Shown here: piece after piece, positions 41,287-50,461 of the stretch
Numbering within the stretch: position 1 is the first letter of the stretch
Layout of the letters: every line of letters starts with the position of its first letter
Origin: Alphaproteobacteria bacterium
GTDB taxonomy: Bacteria > Pseudomonadota > Alphaproteobacteria > SHVZ01
Assembly (NCBI GenBank): GCA_016869285.1
Contig: VGEN01000004.1
Coordinates: forward strand, 365-64,364
Direction of reading: 5' to 3'
Length of the DNA: 64,000 nucleotides
Program-made: the position numbers and the translations under genes
The notes under the pieces: model-generated
The model's input: the letters and a program-made list of their open reading frames with translations, nothing else
Databases searched by the model: none
Told to the model about the DNA's origin: nothing

Positions 41287-43333
41287 GCCGCCGACTTGCA
41301 CCAGCGGCGCCAGAGGGCGCGGTAGAGACGTTCGATCTGCGCTGCGCGCCGCCTGCCGTCGGTCAGGGGTGCCAGTGCCGCACGCAGCGCGCGCCGTTCC
41401 CTCGATAGACGGTCGCGATCGCCGGACAGAGCGGCCGCGACCGCGACATAGGCAGCCTTGTCGTGGGCGATCCAGTCGCTCCGGTCGATGGCACGAAGCA
41501 GCGCGCCGCTCCAGCGTTCGGCCATCGAGTCGCCGGCAAGCGTCACCACGGGCACCCCCATCCACAGCGCCTCGAAGCTCGAGGTCGAGCCGGAGAAGGG
41601 CCAGGTGTCGAGCACGACATGGGCCTCGCGGTAGAAAGCGAGGTGCGCGGCCGCGCTAACCTCACCGGGAGCGAACACGATGCGACCCTCCGGCAGCGCC
41701 GCGGCGATCTCTGCCTTGAGGCTCGCATCCTCGAACGCGGCTCGATAGCGGAGCCGAAGACGCGAGTCGGGCACCGCCTCCAGGACTTGCCTCCAGAGCG
41801 ACAGAGTCTCGCGGGCGAGCTTGGCCGGGTTCGCCGCGGCGGCGAAGACCGGTGGGCCGTCGGGCATGGCCGGATCGGGGGCGTCGGCGATCGGCTGGTG
41901 CAGGTAGAGATCCGGCAGGAAAAAACGCGCTCGCTGAACCGGTCGCGCTCGCGGCGCGTCACGAGCCAGCGGTCGGCAATCAGCGCATCGACGGCGGCGA
42001 TGCCGCTGGTCCCCCCGTCATGCAGGCTGATCTGCACGGGCGCGCAGCGCCGGGCGGCGGCCTCGAGACGATTGGCGTCGAAAGAGCCGGCGACGAAGAC
42101 GGCAATGTCGATCCCGTCCTTGCGCATCGACCTGGCCAGCGCCTCGTCGTCGAGGCCGATGGTTGAGCGCCAGGGACAGAGCGCCTTGAACCGCTCGGTC
42201 ACGGCGTCCTCGCGCGCGACCTCGCCATAGAGATGCGTCTGGATAGCGGCGCGGTCGTGGCCCGCGATCAGCGGCAGGAGGCTGCGTGCGACGGGGTGAT
42301 CGCGCATATCGGAGGAGAGGTAGGCGACGCGAAGCGGCCGAGCGGGATCGGGAGCGTTGCGCCAGCGCGGCATCTCGACGCTCACGGGTGCAAGGCGTCG
42401 CCGCATGGCGGAGGCGGCGATCGGATCGAGGTCGGGCGCATACAGCATCGTCGCCCGGACAGCCTTCCGCGCGATCTCGCCGCTCTCGGTCGCGAGGCGG
42501 CGCCGGGCAAAGAGGAGGGCGGGTCCTGCGCGGCCGAGCACGAAGAGTCCTTGCGACAAATGGCCGAGCGCCTCCCCGGTCGCCGGTTGCAGCGCCAGGA
42601 TGCGCCGCTGATAGGCAAGCCCGCGGTCGAGCCGCCCAGCCTCGCGCCAGGCGACAGCGAGATTGCCGAGCAGCGCCAGATCCTGCGGCATCGCCTTCAG
42701 CGCCGCCTCGAAGCCGCTTACTGCGCCGGCGGCATCGCCGGAAATCAGACGGGCCTCGCCGAGGCCGCGCAAGCTCGGCGAGAAGCCGGGGAAGAGCGCA
42801 AGCGCCGCCGCGTGCCAGCGCTGCGCGTCGCTGCCCCGTCCGAGCGCGGTTGAGATCGTGCCGAGCCCGGCGAGGGCCGAGACCTGGCGCGGGTCGAGGA
42901 CCAGCGCGCGCTGGAAGGAGCTCGACGCGCTGCCGAGCTGGCGTTCGGCCAGCAGCGCCTCCCCGAGATGGGCGTGGATCTCGGCGACGTCGCGCACATG
43001 CCGCAGGGCTGCCTTGAATCGATCCGCCGCTTCGGCCGGGCGGTCGAGCATCAGGAGCAGCCGACCGAAATTGTTTTGCGCCTCGGCATAATCCGGCTTC
43101 GCCTTCACTGCGGCGCCGAGCTGGGCCATGGCCTTGTCCGGGTCGCCCTGCTGGAAGGCGATCAGGCCGGCGATATGCAGCGCCGTCGGCTCGCGCGGGC
43201 TCTTCGCCAGAACCGCCGCCATGACCGCCTGCGCCTCGTCGAGGCGCCCGGCTTGGAAGGCGGCAAGCCCCTGCTGAAGCCGAGGATCGGCCCTGCCCTG
43301 CTTCGCCTGCGCCCGCCGTTCGTGGCGGTTCAT
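41283..43333 (-). pseudogene. TPR-repeat / GT41-family (O-GlcNAc-transferase-like) glycosyltransferase gene, interrupted by a 1-nt frameshift in a T6 homopolymer (A6 on the + strand)
   Basis: The 596-aa ORF carries TPR repeats plus the N-terminal half of a GT41 domain, then runs into junk after ...DRFSERVF. The 194-aa ORF starting MPDGPPVF carries the C-terminal half. Adding one T at the tract (+ strand ~41920-41925) yields the continuous ...FSERVFFLPDLYLHQPIADAPDPAMPDGPPVFAAAANPAKL... That reading aligns with the paralog at 46572 (FTESVLRLPSGRLPAP...SGPPVFGSLNKLVKL). Confidence 0.7.
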
Positions 43334-44211
43334 GCGATGGCTTTGAGCGCCTGGCGGAGGCTGCCGCCTGCCTGGGCGAGCGCGCGTTCGGCGGCATCCG
43401 GCGTCAGGCCTTTCGCCACCAGCACGGCGGGCTTCACCTTGCCGTTGCAGCGCCGAAGCGCGTCGCGCGCGGTTTCAGCGCCGACGTCGGCGATGTCCAT
43501 CAGCATCCGCTCGCTGCGCTTCCTGAGCTTGAGGTTGGTGGCGCGGAGGTCGACCATATAACCGTCATGGACGCGGCCGAGCCTGGTCATCACCAGGGAT
43601 GACAGCAGGTTGAGCGTCGCCTTCTGCGCCGTGCCGGCTTTCATCCGGGTCGAGCCGCCGATCGCCTCCGGTCCGGTATCGAGCAGGATCGGCAGCTCCG
43701 CCGCAGTCAGAAGCGCCGCCGCTGCGTTGTTGGCGATGCCGATGCCGAGCGCACCGGCGGCGCGGCCAGCCTCGAGTGCAGCGATCGTATAGGGTGTCGT
43801 GCCGCTGGCGGCAACCGCGATCACGGCGTCCTTTGCGTCGACCCTCGCGTTCAGGATGTCGCGCTTGCCCGCATCGCGGTCATCCTCGGCGCCTTCGACG
43901 GCGCGGGTCAGCGCCTTCTCGCCGCCGGCGATAAGGTAGACGACACGGTCGTCCGGCCAGTCGAAGGTGGGCATCAGCTCGACGCCGTCGAGGAGCGCGA
44001 GCCGGCCGGAAGTACCGGCGCCGACATAGACGAGCCGGCCGCCGGCCCTCATCCGCACAGTCACGGCCTCGGCGGCGGCCTCGATCTGGGCCGCGGCAGC
44101 GCGCACAGCGGCAATCGCCGTCATCTGACCCTCGATGAAGACATCCAGGATGTCGCGGCTCGGCCAGGCATCCAGGCCGCGATAGCGAGCGCCGACGGAT
44201 TCGGTAGACAT
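43330..44211 (-). CDS. murQ: N-acetylmuramic acid 6-phosphate etherase
   Basis: The 293-aa SIS-domain ORF has MurQ motifs (GAGTSGRL and SGTTPY). It overlaps the start of the GT41 gene by 4 nt. Confidence 0.85.
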   Translation of the reverse strand: MSTESVGARYRGLDAWPSRDILDVFIEGQMTAIAAVRAAAAQIEAAAEAVTVRMRAGGRLVYVGAGTSGRLALLDGVELMPTFDWPDDRVVYLIAGGEKALTRAVEGAEDDRDAGKRDILNARVDAKDAVIAVAASGTTPYTIAALEAGRAAGALGIGIANNAAAALLTAAELPILLDTGPEAIGGSTRMKAGTAQKATLNLLSSLVMTRLGRVHDGYMVDLRATNLKLRKRSERMLMDIADVGAETARDALRRCNGKVKPAVLVAKGLTPDAAERALAQAGGSLRQALKAIA

Positions 44212-44257
44212 GCGACTCCCGGATTCGGTAGGGCGCGCATGCTACCATCCGCTCGGA

Positions 44258-45256
44258 ATGCCACAAAACCTCGCCCCTCGCCTGTTGACCGAGGCGCTGG
44301 AAGCGCCCGACCGGATCGCCGATCAGCTTGCCCGCAACCGAGCGGCGGTCGCCGAGATCGCGCGTCACCTTAAGGCGTCGCCGCCGCGTTTCGTGGTCAG
44401 CGCCGCGCGCGGCTCGTCATCGCATGCGGCGCGCTACGGCAAGTACCTGATCGAAACAAGGCTCGGACTCTTCACCGCTGCCACCGCGCCGGCCGTCGCC
44501 ACGCTCTACAAGGCGAGGATGAAACTCGACGGCGCGCTGTTCTTCGCTGTCTCGCAGTCCGGGCGCAGCCCCGACCTCGTCAAGCAGGCCGAAGCGGCGA
44601 GGGCCGCCGGCGCGACGACGCTGGCGCTGGTCAACGATCTCGACTCGCCGTTGGCGAAAGCGTCGGATGCGGTACTCCCGCTCGCTGCCGGGCCCGAGAC
44701 CAGCGTCGCCGCGACCAAGAGCTTTCTCGCCTCGCTTTCGGCGCTCGCCCAGCTCGTCGCCGGCTGGGCCGACGACATTGCGCTGATCCAGGCGCTGGAT
44801 CGCCTGCCCGGCGCCCTGCAGGAGGCGGCGCGGACGCCTTGGAATTACTCCCTCGGCCGTGCGACCTCGTTGTTCGTCGTCGGCCGCGGCCCCGGCTTCG
44901 CCATCGCCTCGGAAGCGGCGCTCAAGCTCAAGGAGGTGCTCGGTCTCCATGCCGAGGCCTATTCGGCGGCCGAGGTGCTGCACGGCCCGGTGGCGCTGGT
45001 GGAGCCCGGCTTTCCGGTGCTGGCCTTCGTCCAGGACGACGAAGCGCGCGCGTCGATGGAGGAGACACTGGCGGCGCTCGCGGCGAAGGGAGCCACCGTG
45101 ACCCGCGTGCCGACCGGCGCCAAAGCGATCCATCCGGCGCTCGACCTGATCCTTCAGGCGCAGGTCTTCTATCCCTGGGTCGCGCGGAAGGCGGTAGCGC
45201 GCGGCCTCGATCCCGACCGTCCGCGGCATCTCAAGAAGGTGACGGAAACCCTGTGA
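44258..45256 (+). CDS. SIS-domain sugar-phosphate isomerase/deaminase (NagB-II / AgaS-like glucosamine-6-phosphate deaminase candidate)
   Basis: It has two SIS repeats (SAARGSSSHAARYGKY and FVVGRGPGFAIASEAALKLKE). I preferred the ATG at 44258 (MPQNLAPRLL) over 44210, because 44210 would abut the divergent murQ start. Confidence 0.65.
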   Translation: MPQNLAPRLLTEALEAPDRIADQLARNRAAVAEIARHLKASPPRFVVSAARGSSSHAARYGKYLIETRLGLFTAATAPAVATLYKARMKLDGALFFAVSQSGRSPDLVKQAEAARAAGATTLALVNDLDSPLAKASDAVLPLAAGPETSVAATKSFLASLSALAQLVAGWADDIALIQALDRLPGALQEAARTPWNYSLGRATSLFVVGRGPGFAIASEAALKLKEVLGLHAEAYSAAEVLHGPVALVEPGFPVLAFVQDDEARASMEETLAALAAKGATVTRVPTGAKAIHPALDLILQAQVFYPWVARKAVARGLDPDRPRHLKKVTETL

Positions 45257-46383
45257 AGGCGCTTTCGGGTGGCAAGGTCTTCGACGGTGAGACGACCCGC
45301 TCGGGCCTGGCGGTGCTGGTCGACGGGGCGCACGTCGCTGCGGTTGTGCCCGAATCTAGGATTCCGACCAAGGCCGAGCGCGTTCAACTCGGTGGCGGCC
45401 TGCTGGCTCCGGGCTTCATCGACCTGCAGGTGAACGGCGGCGGCGGCGTGCTGTTCAATGCGACGCCGACGGTCGAAGCGATCCGTGCCATCGGCGGCGC
45501 GCACCGCGCCTTCGGCACGACCGGGTTCCTCGTCACCTTCATTAGCGACACGACCGAGAAGATGGCGGCGGCCGTGAAGGCGACGCGCGAGGCCTTGGCG
45601 GCCAAGTTGCCAGGACTGCTTGGCCTCCACCTTGAGGGGCCGTTCCTCAGCCCCGCCAAGCGCGGCATCCACGATGCGCGGCACATCCGGACGCCGAACC
45701 AGTCGGACAGGGCGATCCTCTCGAAGCTGCCGGTCGGTCGCACGCTGCTGACGCTTGCGCCGGAGGAAGCGCCGGAAGGTTTGATCGAGAAGCTGACGAA
45801 GGCCGGCGTCGTCGTCGCTGCCGGCCACACCGATGCCGGCTATGACCAGGCGATGCTCGGCTTCCGAAGGGGTGTCGCCGGCGTCACCCATCTCTTCAAC
45901 GCGATGACACCGCTCGCCTCGCGCGCGCCGGGCATGGTCGGCGCCGCGCTCGATCGCAAAGAAGCGTGGTGCGGCCTTATCGTCGACGGGCATCATGTCC
46001 ATCCGGCGGCGCTGCGTGCTGTCATCGCAGCCAAGCCGCGTGGGACGATGATCCTGGTCACCGACGCGATGCCGCCGGCAGCCGGCGGTCCTGAGGCCTT
46101 CGATCTCGGCGGGCGGAAGATCCGGTCCGAAGGCGGCCGGCTCGTCGGCGCCGACGGGACGCTCGCCGGCGCCGATCTCGACATGGCGCGCGCCGTCGCC
46201 AATGCGGTGGACATGCTCGGCCTCGAGCGCGAGGAGGCGCTGCGCATGGCCTCGCTCTATCCGGCACAAGCGATCGGCGTCACCGACCGCGGCCGCATCG
46301 CCGCCGGCCAGCGCGCCGATCTCGTGCTCCTCGACGACGGGCTGCACGTGCTGCGGACCTGGATCGGCGGGCAGGAAACGTGA
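45253..46383 (+). CDS. nagA: N-acetylglucosamine-6-phosphate deacetylase
   Basis: A GTG start forms a GTGA overlap with the SIS gene. The ORF has NagA motifs (GFIDLQVNGGGG, HLEGPF and AAGHTDA). Confidence 0.85.
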   Translation: MKALSGGKVFDGETTRSGLAVLVDGAHVAAVVPESRIPTKAERVQLGGGLLAPGFIDLQVNGGGGVLFNATPTVEAIRAIGGAHRAFGTTGFLVTFISDTTEKMAAAVKATREALAAKLPGLLGLHLEGPFLSPAKRGIHDARHIRTPNQSDRAILSKLPVGRTLLTLAPEEAPEGLIEKLTKAGVVVAAGHTDAGYDQAMLGFRRGVAGVTHLFNAMTPLASRAPGMVGAALDRKEAWCGLIVDGHHVHPAALRAVIAAKPRGTMILVTDAMPPAAGGPEAFDLGGRKIRSEGGRLVGADGTLAGADLDMARAVANAVDMLGLEREEALRMASLYPAQAIGVTDRGRIAAGQRADLVLLDDGLHVLRTWIGGQET

Positions 46384-46410
46384 GGCTCGTTTCGGAACCC
46401 TCTCCCGTGC

Positions 46411-46534
46411 CGAAGGCGCGGGGGAGGGCAGGGTGGGGGCCCGAGCGGAACGAGGGTGGCGGACAATGCTGCCGGGAATGCCGCCACCCTCGCTCCGCTC
46501 GGGCCCCCACCCCGACCCTCCCCCGTCTGCTTCG
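46411..46534. repeat. GC-rich palindromic intergenic element (REP/MITE-like) with ~45-bp arms
   Basis: GCGGGGGAGGGCAGGGTGGGGGCCCGAGCGGAACGAGGGTGGCGG is followed by an 18-nt loop. The reverse-complement arm is ...CCGCCACCCTCGCTCCGCTCGGGCCCCCACCCCGACCCTCCCCCGTC. The unit GCGGGGGAGGG-NN-GGGTGGGGG is shared with the element at 52772. Confidence 0.7.
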
Positions 46535-46571
46535 CAGCCGGGAGAGGGAGCACGACGCTCGTCGCTAGGTC

Positions 46572-47966
46572 ATGGCGTCGGCCGCCCGCCGTCTCCACCT
46601 CGCCGCGCGGCGCCTTGCAGCGCTCGACCTCGCCGAGCGCGGACTCAAGCGCCGGCCAGACGATCCGCTGTGCCTTGCCTGGCGGGCCGATCTCCTGAAG
46701 GCGCTCGGTCTTCCCTCCGATGCCGCGTCCAGGCGCGCGTCCTCACTCCGCGTCGATCTGGCTGAAGCGTGTCTCGATCCCTTCGCTGACACCGGCCAGC
46801 CTGTGCTCGAAAGCGCGGCTCTCTATCTCGCGCAGTTCGACCCGGACATCGACGACGCGCGCCTCGTGGAAGCGCACCGGGCCTGGGCGCGGCGGCATGC
46901 CGATGATCTGCCTCGCCACGATCACCGGCCTCGGAAGCGCGATCGCCTCCGCATCGGCTATTTCTCCGCCGATCTCGGCCGCCATCCGGTCGGCCGCCTT
47001 CTGGCCAAGACCTTGCCGGCGCATGACCGCGCGCGTCTGGAGATCGGCGTCTATTCGGATCGGCTCGCCGAGGACGAGGTGACGGCGCCGTTGCGGAGCG
47101 GCGTCGATACCTGGCATCGCGTGGCCGATCTCGACGACAAGGCGCTCGCCGATCGTATCCGCGCGGACGAGGTCGATGTTCTCGTCGATCTTGCCGGCCA
47201 TACCTGGGACAACCGGCTGCTCGCCTTCGCGAGAAGACCGGCTCCGGTCCAGATTTCCTTTCTCGGCTATGGCGCGACCACGGGCATGGCGGCGATGGAT
47301 GCCGTTCTGTCCGATCCCTGGGAAGCGCCGACCGACGCGCACTTCACGGAAAGCGTGCTGCGGCTGCCATCAGGCCGTTTGCCGGCACCGAGGCTTGCCA
47401 TGCGTCGGGCGCGCTCCGGGCCGCCGGTCTTCGGCTCGCTGAACAAGCTGGTGAAGCTGTCGCCGGGCGTGGCCCGGCTTTGGGCGCGGCTCCTGCACCG
47501 GGTGCCGGAGTCACGACTGCTGATGCAGGCGGCAGACCTCGGGCGGCCGGCGATCCGCTCGCTCGTCATCGACGCGTTCGGCGCACATGGCATCGCGGCC
47601 GACCGCCTGGATCTGCGCACCGCCCTCTTGCAGGGAGATCATCTGCAGACCTATGGCGAGATCGACGTGGCCCTCGACCCATTCCCTTTCGCCGGCGGCA
47701 TGACCACCTGGGAGGCGCTCTCGGTTGGCGTGCCGGTCGTCACCCTGGGCGGAAGCCGTCCGCTGTCACGCCAGTCGCTATCGTTGCTGGCGCGCTCAGG
47801 CCTCGAAGACCTGATCGCGCCGGATGCGGAGAGCTATGTCGAGATCGCTGCCGATGCGATCGGCCGGACCTTGCCGGCTCGCGAGGTCGTGCCGATCCAA
47901 GCGGGCGAGCTGGAGGCCGCCTATCGTCAGCTCTGGGAAAAGCGCTTCGGCTCCAGGCCTGAGTGA
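46572..47966 (+). CDS. GT41-family (O-GlcNAc-transferase-like) glycosyltransferase with a short TPR N-terminus
   Basis: The 464-aa ORF is a paralog of the C-terminal two-thirds of the 41283..43333 gene. The two conserve RIGY(F/L)S(A/S)D, PVQIS(F/L), GPPVF and GVPVVTL. Confidence 0.65.
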   Translation: MASAARRLHLAARRLAALDLAERGLKRRPDDPLCLAWRADLLKALGLPSDAASRRASSLRVDLAEACLDPFADTGQPVLESAALYLAQFDPDIDDARLVEAHRAWARRHADDLPRHDHRPRKRDRLRIGYFSADLGRHPVGRLLAKTLPAHDRARLEIGVYSDRLAEDEVTAPLRSGVDTWHRVADLDDKALADRIRADEVDVLVDLAGHTWDNRLLAFARRPAPVQISFLGYGATTGMAAMDAVLSDPWEAPTDAHFTESVLRLPSGRLPAPRLAMRRARSGPPVFGSLNKLVKLSPGVARLWARLLHRVPESRLLMQAADLGRPAIRSLVIDAFGAHGIAADRLDLRTALLQGDHLQTYGEIDVALDPFPFAGGMTTWEALSVGVPVVTLGGSRPLSRQSLSLLARSGLEDLIAPDAESYVEIAADAIGRTLPAREVVPIQAGELEAAYRQLWEKRFGSRPE

Positions 47967-48658
47967 AACCAGGTGATGAAGCCGACGATATCGTAGATCG
48001 GGATGCCGAGTTCGCGCCGGAGCGCTGCCGAGTAGGGCGCCATGTTCGTGCACTCCAGCACGACCGCGCCGACCTCGGGATGCTTCGCGACCAGAGCGCG
48101 GCCGGCGTCGAGCAGATCTTGTTCGGCCGTGGCGACATCGAGCCGTTCCTCGTTGCCGATCAGGACGCGGGTGAACTCCCGTCCGCCTTCGGTGCCCATG
48201 ACCGGCGTGTCGGCGGGCACGCCGGCGGCTTTCAGGTGATCGGTGGTCAGGGAACGCGCATCGACGGTCAGCACGCCGACGCGCTTGCCCGGCGGCAGGA
48301 GAGCCTGCACGGCCGGGATCTGCATCAGGCTCGATGTCGCGACCGGCACCTTCACGCGCTTGGCGATCTCGGCCTGGAAGAGCGACAGGAAGCCGCAATT
48401 GGTGGTGATGCCGTCGGCGCCGAGTCGTACCAACTCTTCCGCGGCGTCGAGGAAGGCCGGCAGCAGACCCTCCGCCCGCCGGCGCACGACACGCTCGGGC
48501 GAGGCATCGCGCACCACCCGATAGAGAACCGGAAAGGGCCAAGTGCGCGCATTGCCCATATCGCCCAGGATGCGAGGGAAACGCGCCTCCAGCATCAAGA
48601 TGCCGAGCGCGGCGCCGTAGATCGCCTTGCCGCCGGTGGCGACGCTCACGCGACCCAC
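47927..48658 (-). CDS. Asp/Glu/hydantoin racemase-family protein (arylmalonate-decarboxylase / maleate-isomerase-like)
   Basis: The 243-aa ORF has the two-cysteine fold pattern (NCGF and LECTNM). Confidence 0.6.
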   Translation of the reverse strand: MGRVSVATGGKAIYGAALGILMLEARFPRILGDMGNARTWPFPVLYRVVRDASPERVVRRRAEGLLPAFLDAAEELVRLGADGITTNCGFLSLFQAEIAKRVKVPVATSSLMQIPAVQALLPPGKRVGVLTVDARSLTTDHLKAAGVPADTPVMGTEGGREFTRVLIGNEERLDVATAEQDLLDAGRALVAKHPEVGAVVLECTNMAPYSAALRRELGIPIYDIVGFITWFHSGLEPKRFSQS

Positions 48659-50352
48659 TCGGAGACGGGTGCCCTCGCCTCGTGCAGCGGCTGCGAGATC
48701 ACGTCGACCAGGGTCGGCCCAGCGGTCTCGATCGCGCGCTTGAGCGTCGCCTGGAGCTCGACCGGGTCCTCGACCTTCCAGGCCTTAACGCCGAAGGCCT
48801 CGGCGACGCGGGCGTGGTCGGTACGGTCGAAGTCGACCGAGAAGTAGCGCTCGCCGAAGCCGCTCTTCTGCCCGGCCTTGATCCAGCCGAAGACCGCGTT
48901 GGAGACGACGACGAAGGTGATCGGCAGCTTGAGCCGGACCACGGTCTCCATCTCTCCGGCAGTGAAGCCGAAGCTGCCGTCGCCCATCACCGCGACGACC
49001 TTCTTGTCCGGCCGGCCGACCTGAGCGCCGACTGCGGCCGACATCGAATATCCGAGCGCCCCATGCGCTCGGTTGGTGATGAAGTGCCGGCCAGGCCGCC
49101 GAACCTCGTAGTGCGCCGAGAAGTAAGGGCAGGGCGTGCCGGGATCGGCGACGATCACGGCGTCGTCCGGCAGCACCGATTGCAGGGCTGCGATCAGCCG
49201 TTCCGGCTTGATCGGCGCGTCGGTCGAGTTTGCCAGCGCCTCGAACTTGGCGCGCTTGGCCGCCTTGAGCGATGCGAGCTTGGCACGCGGATCGATGCCG
49301 ATCCTATGTCCGGCGATGGCGTGTACCAACGCGCTGAGCGCCAGCCTCGCATCGCCGGCAACGGCGGCATCGGTCCTGTAGTTCACGCCGATCGTCGCCG
49401 GATCGATGTCGATATGGACGATCTTCGCCTTGCCCGGCGTCGGGTGCCGCCAGCGCTCGGTGGTGACCGAGCCGGCACGGCAGCCGATGAACATCACGAG
49501 GTCGGCCGCCTCGATCGCCTCGCGCGTCTCGACCGTGCCGCCATTGGAGCCGACGACGCCGACCGCGAGCGGATGCGTCTCGGCGATGGAGCCTTGCCCC
49601 GAGACGGTGGTCGCGACCGCAGCGCTGAGCGCTTCCGCCAGTGCCTGCAGCTCGGCCTCGGCGCCTGCGATCACCACGCCGCCGCCGCAGATGAATACCG
49701 GGTTTCTCGCGGCGCGCAGCAGAGCGGCGGCTTCCGCGATCGCGGCGGGATCGGGTGCGAGTCGTCGGGCCGGGAAGGTGCCGAGCGCGGCGTCTGCCCA
49801 GATTTCGGCCTCGTCGACCGGCTCCTTCTGCACGTCGAAGGGGAAGGAGAGATGCGCTGCGCCGGGGCGGCCAGTCGTCATTTGCGTGAAGGCGGCTCGG
49901 ACATAGCGCGGCAGCTTGGCGCCGCGGTCGATGACGCGCGTGAACTTGGCGAGCGGCCGGAACAGCCCTTCCTGGTCGAGCTCGGTCAGCGCGAAGCGGC
50001 CGCGCGAGGTGGTTGCTACGTCGGTGGTGATCGCCAGAACCGGGATCGAGGACTCGTTCGCCTCAACCACGCCCGGCAGGATGTAGGTGGCGCCGCCGCC
50101 GCTCGGTCCCTCGCAGACGCCGACCTTACCGGTGACACGCGCATAGGCATCGGCCATGTAGGCGGCAGAGCGTTCATCGCGGGCAAGGATGTGGCGCATG
50201 CGTCCGCCGATGCGCTGGAAGGCGTCGTAGAAGGGAAGGCTGGTATCGCCGCAGAGGCCGAAGACATATCGGACGCCATGCGCTTCGAGCATGCGCACCA
50301 TTGCCTCGGCGCCGGAGAGCTGATTCATCGAGGTAGCCATCAACGACCTCAC
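48646..50352 (-). CDS. thiamine-diphosphate enzyme, acetolactate-synthase-like family
   Basis: The 568-aa ORF has an N-terminal Pyr domain, a central domain, and a C-terminal PP domain with GDGSF...N. Confidence 0.75.
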   Translation of the reverse strand: MRSLMATSMNQLSGAEAMVRMLEAHGVRYVFGLCGDTSLPFYDAFQRIGGRMRHILARDERSAAYMADAYARVTGKVGVCEGPSGGGATYILPGVVEANESSIPVLAITTDVATTSRGRFALTELDQEGLFRPLAKFTRVIDRGAKLPRYVRAAFTQMTTGRPGAAHLSFPFDVQKEPVDEAEIWADAALGTFPARRLAPDPAAIAEAAALLRAARNPVFICGGGVVIAGAEAELQALAEALSAAVATTVSGQGSIAETHPLAVGVVGSNGGTVETREAIEAADLVMFIGCRAGSVTTERWRHPTPGKAKIVHIDIDPATIGVNYRTDAAVAGDARLALSALVHAIAGHRIGIDPRAKLASLKAAKRAKFEALANSTDAPIKPERLIAALQSVLPDDAVIVADPGTPCPYFSAHYEVRRPGRHFITNRAHGALGYSMSAAVGAQVGRPDKKVVAVMGDGSFGFTAGEMETVVRLKLPITFVVVSNAVFGWIKAGQKSGFGERYFSVDFDRTDHARVAEAFGVKAWKVEDPVELQATLKRAIETAGPTLVDVISQPLHEARAPVSEWVA

Positions 50353-50461
50353 GCTTCGACAAGCTCAGCATGAGGTCTACTGGGATATCTGAGCGGAGTA
50401 GACATCGCAGTAAGCCTCATCCTGAGCCTGTCGAAGGGTGAGGCTGATCCAAGAAGCACGC

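Noticed and set aside
41283-43333. Programmed ribosomal frameshifting as the explanation for the split GT41 gene.
   Set aside because: There is no slippery heptamer with a downstream pseudoknot context. A simple 1-nt homopolymer length change explains the break fully. An indel mutation or sequencing error is more parsimonious.
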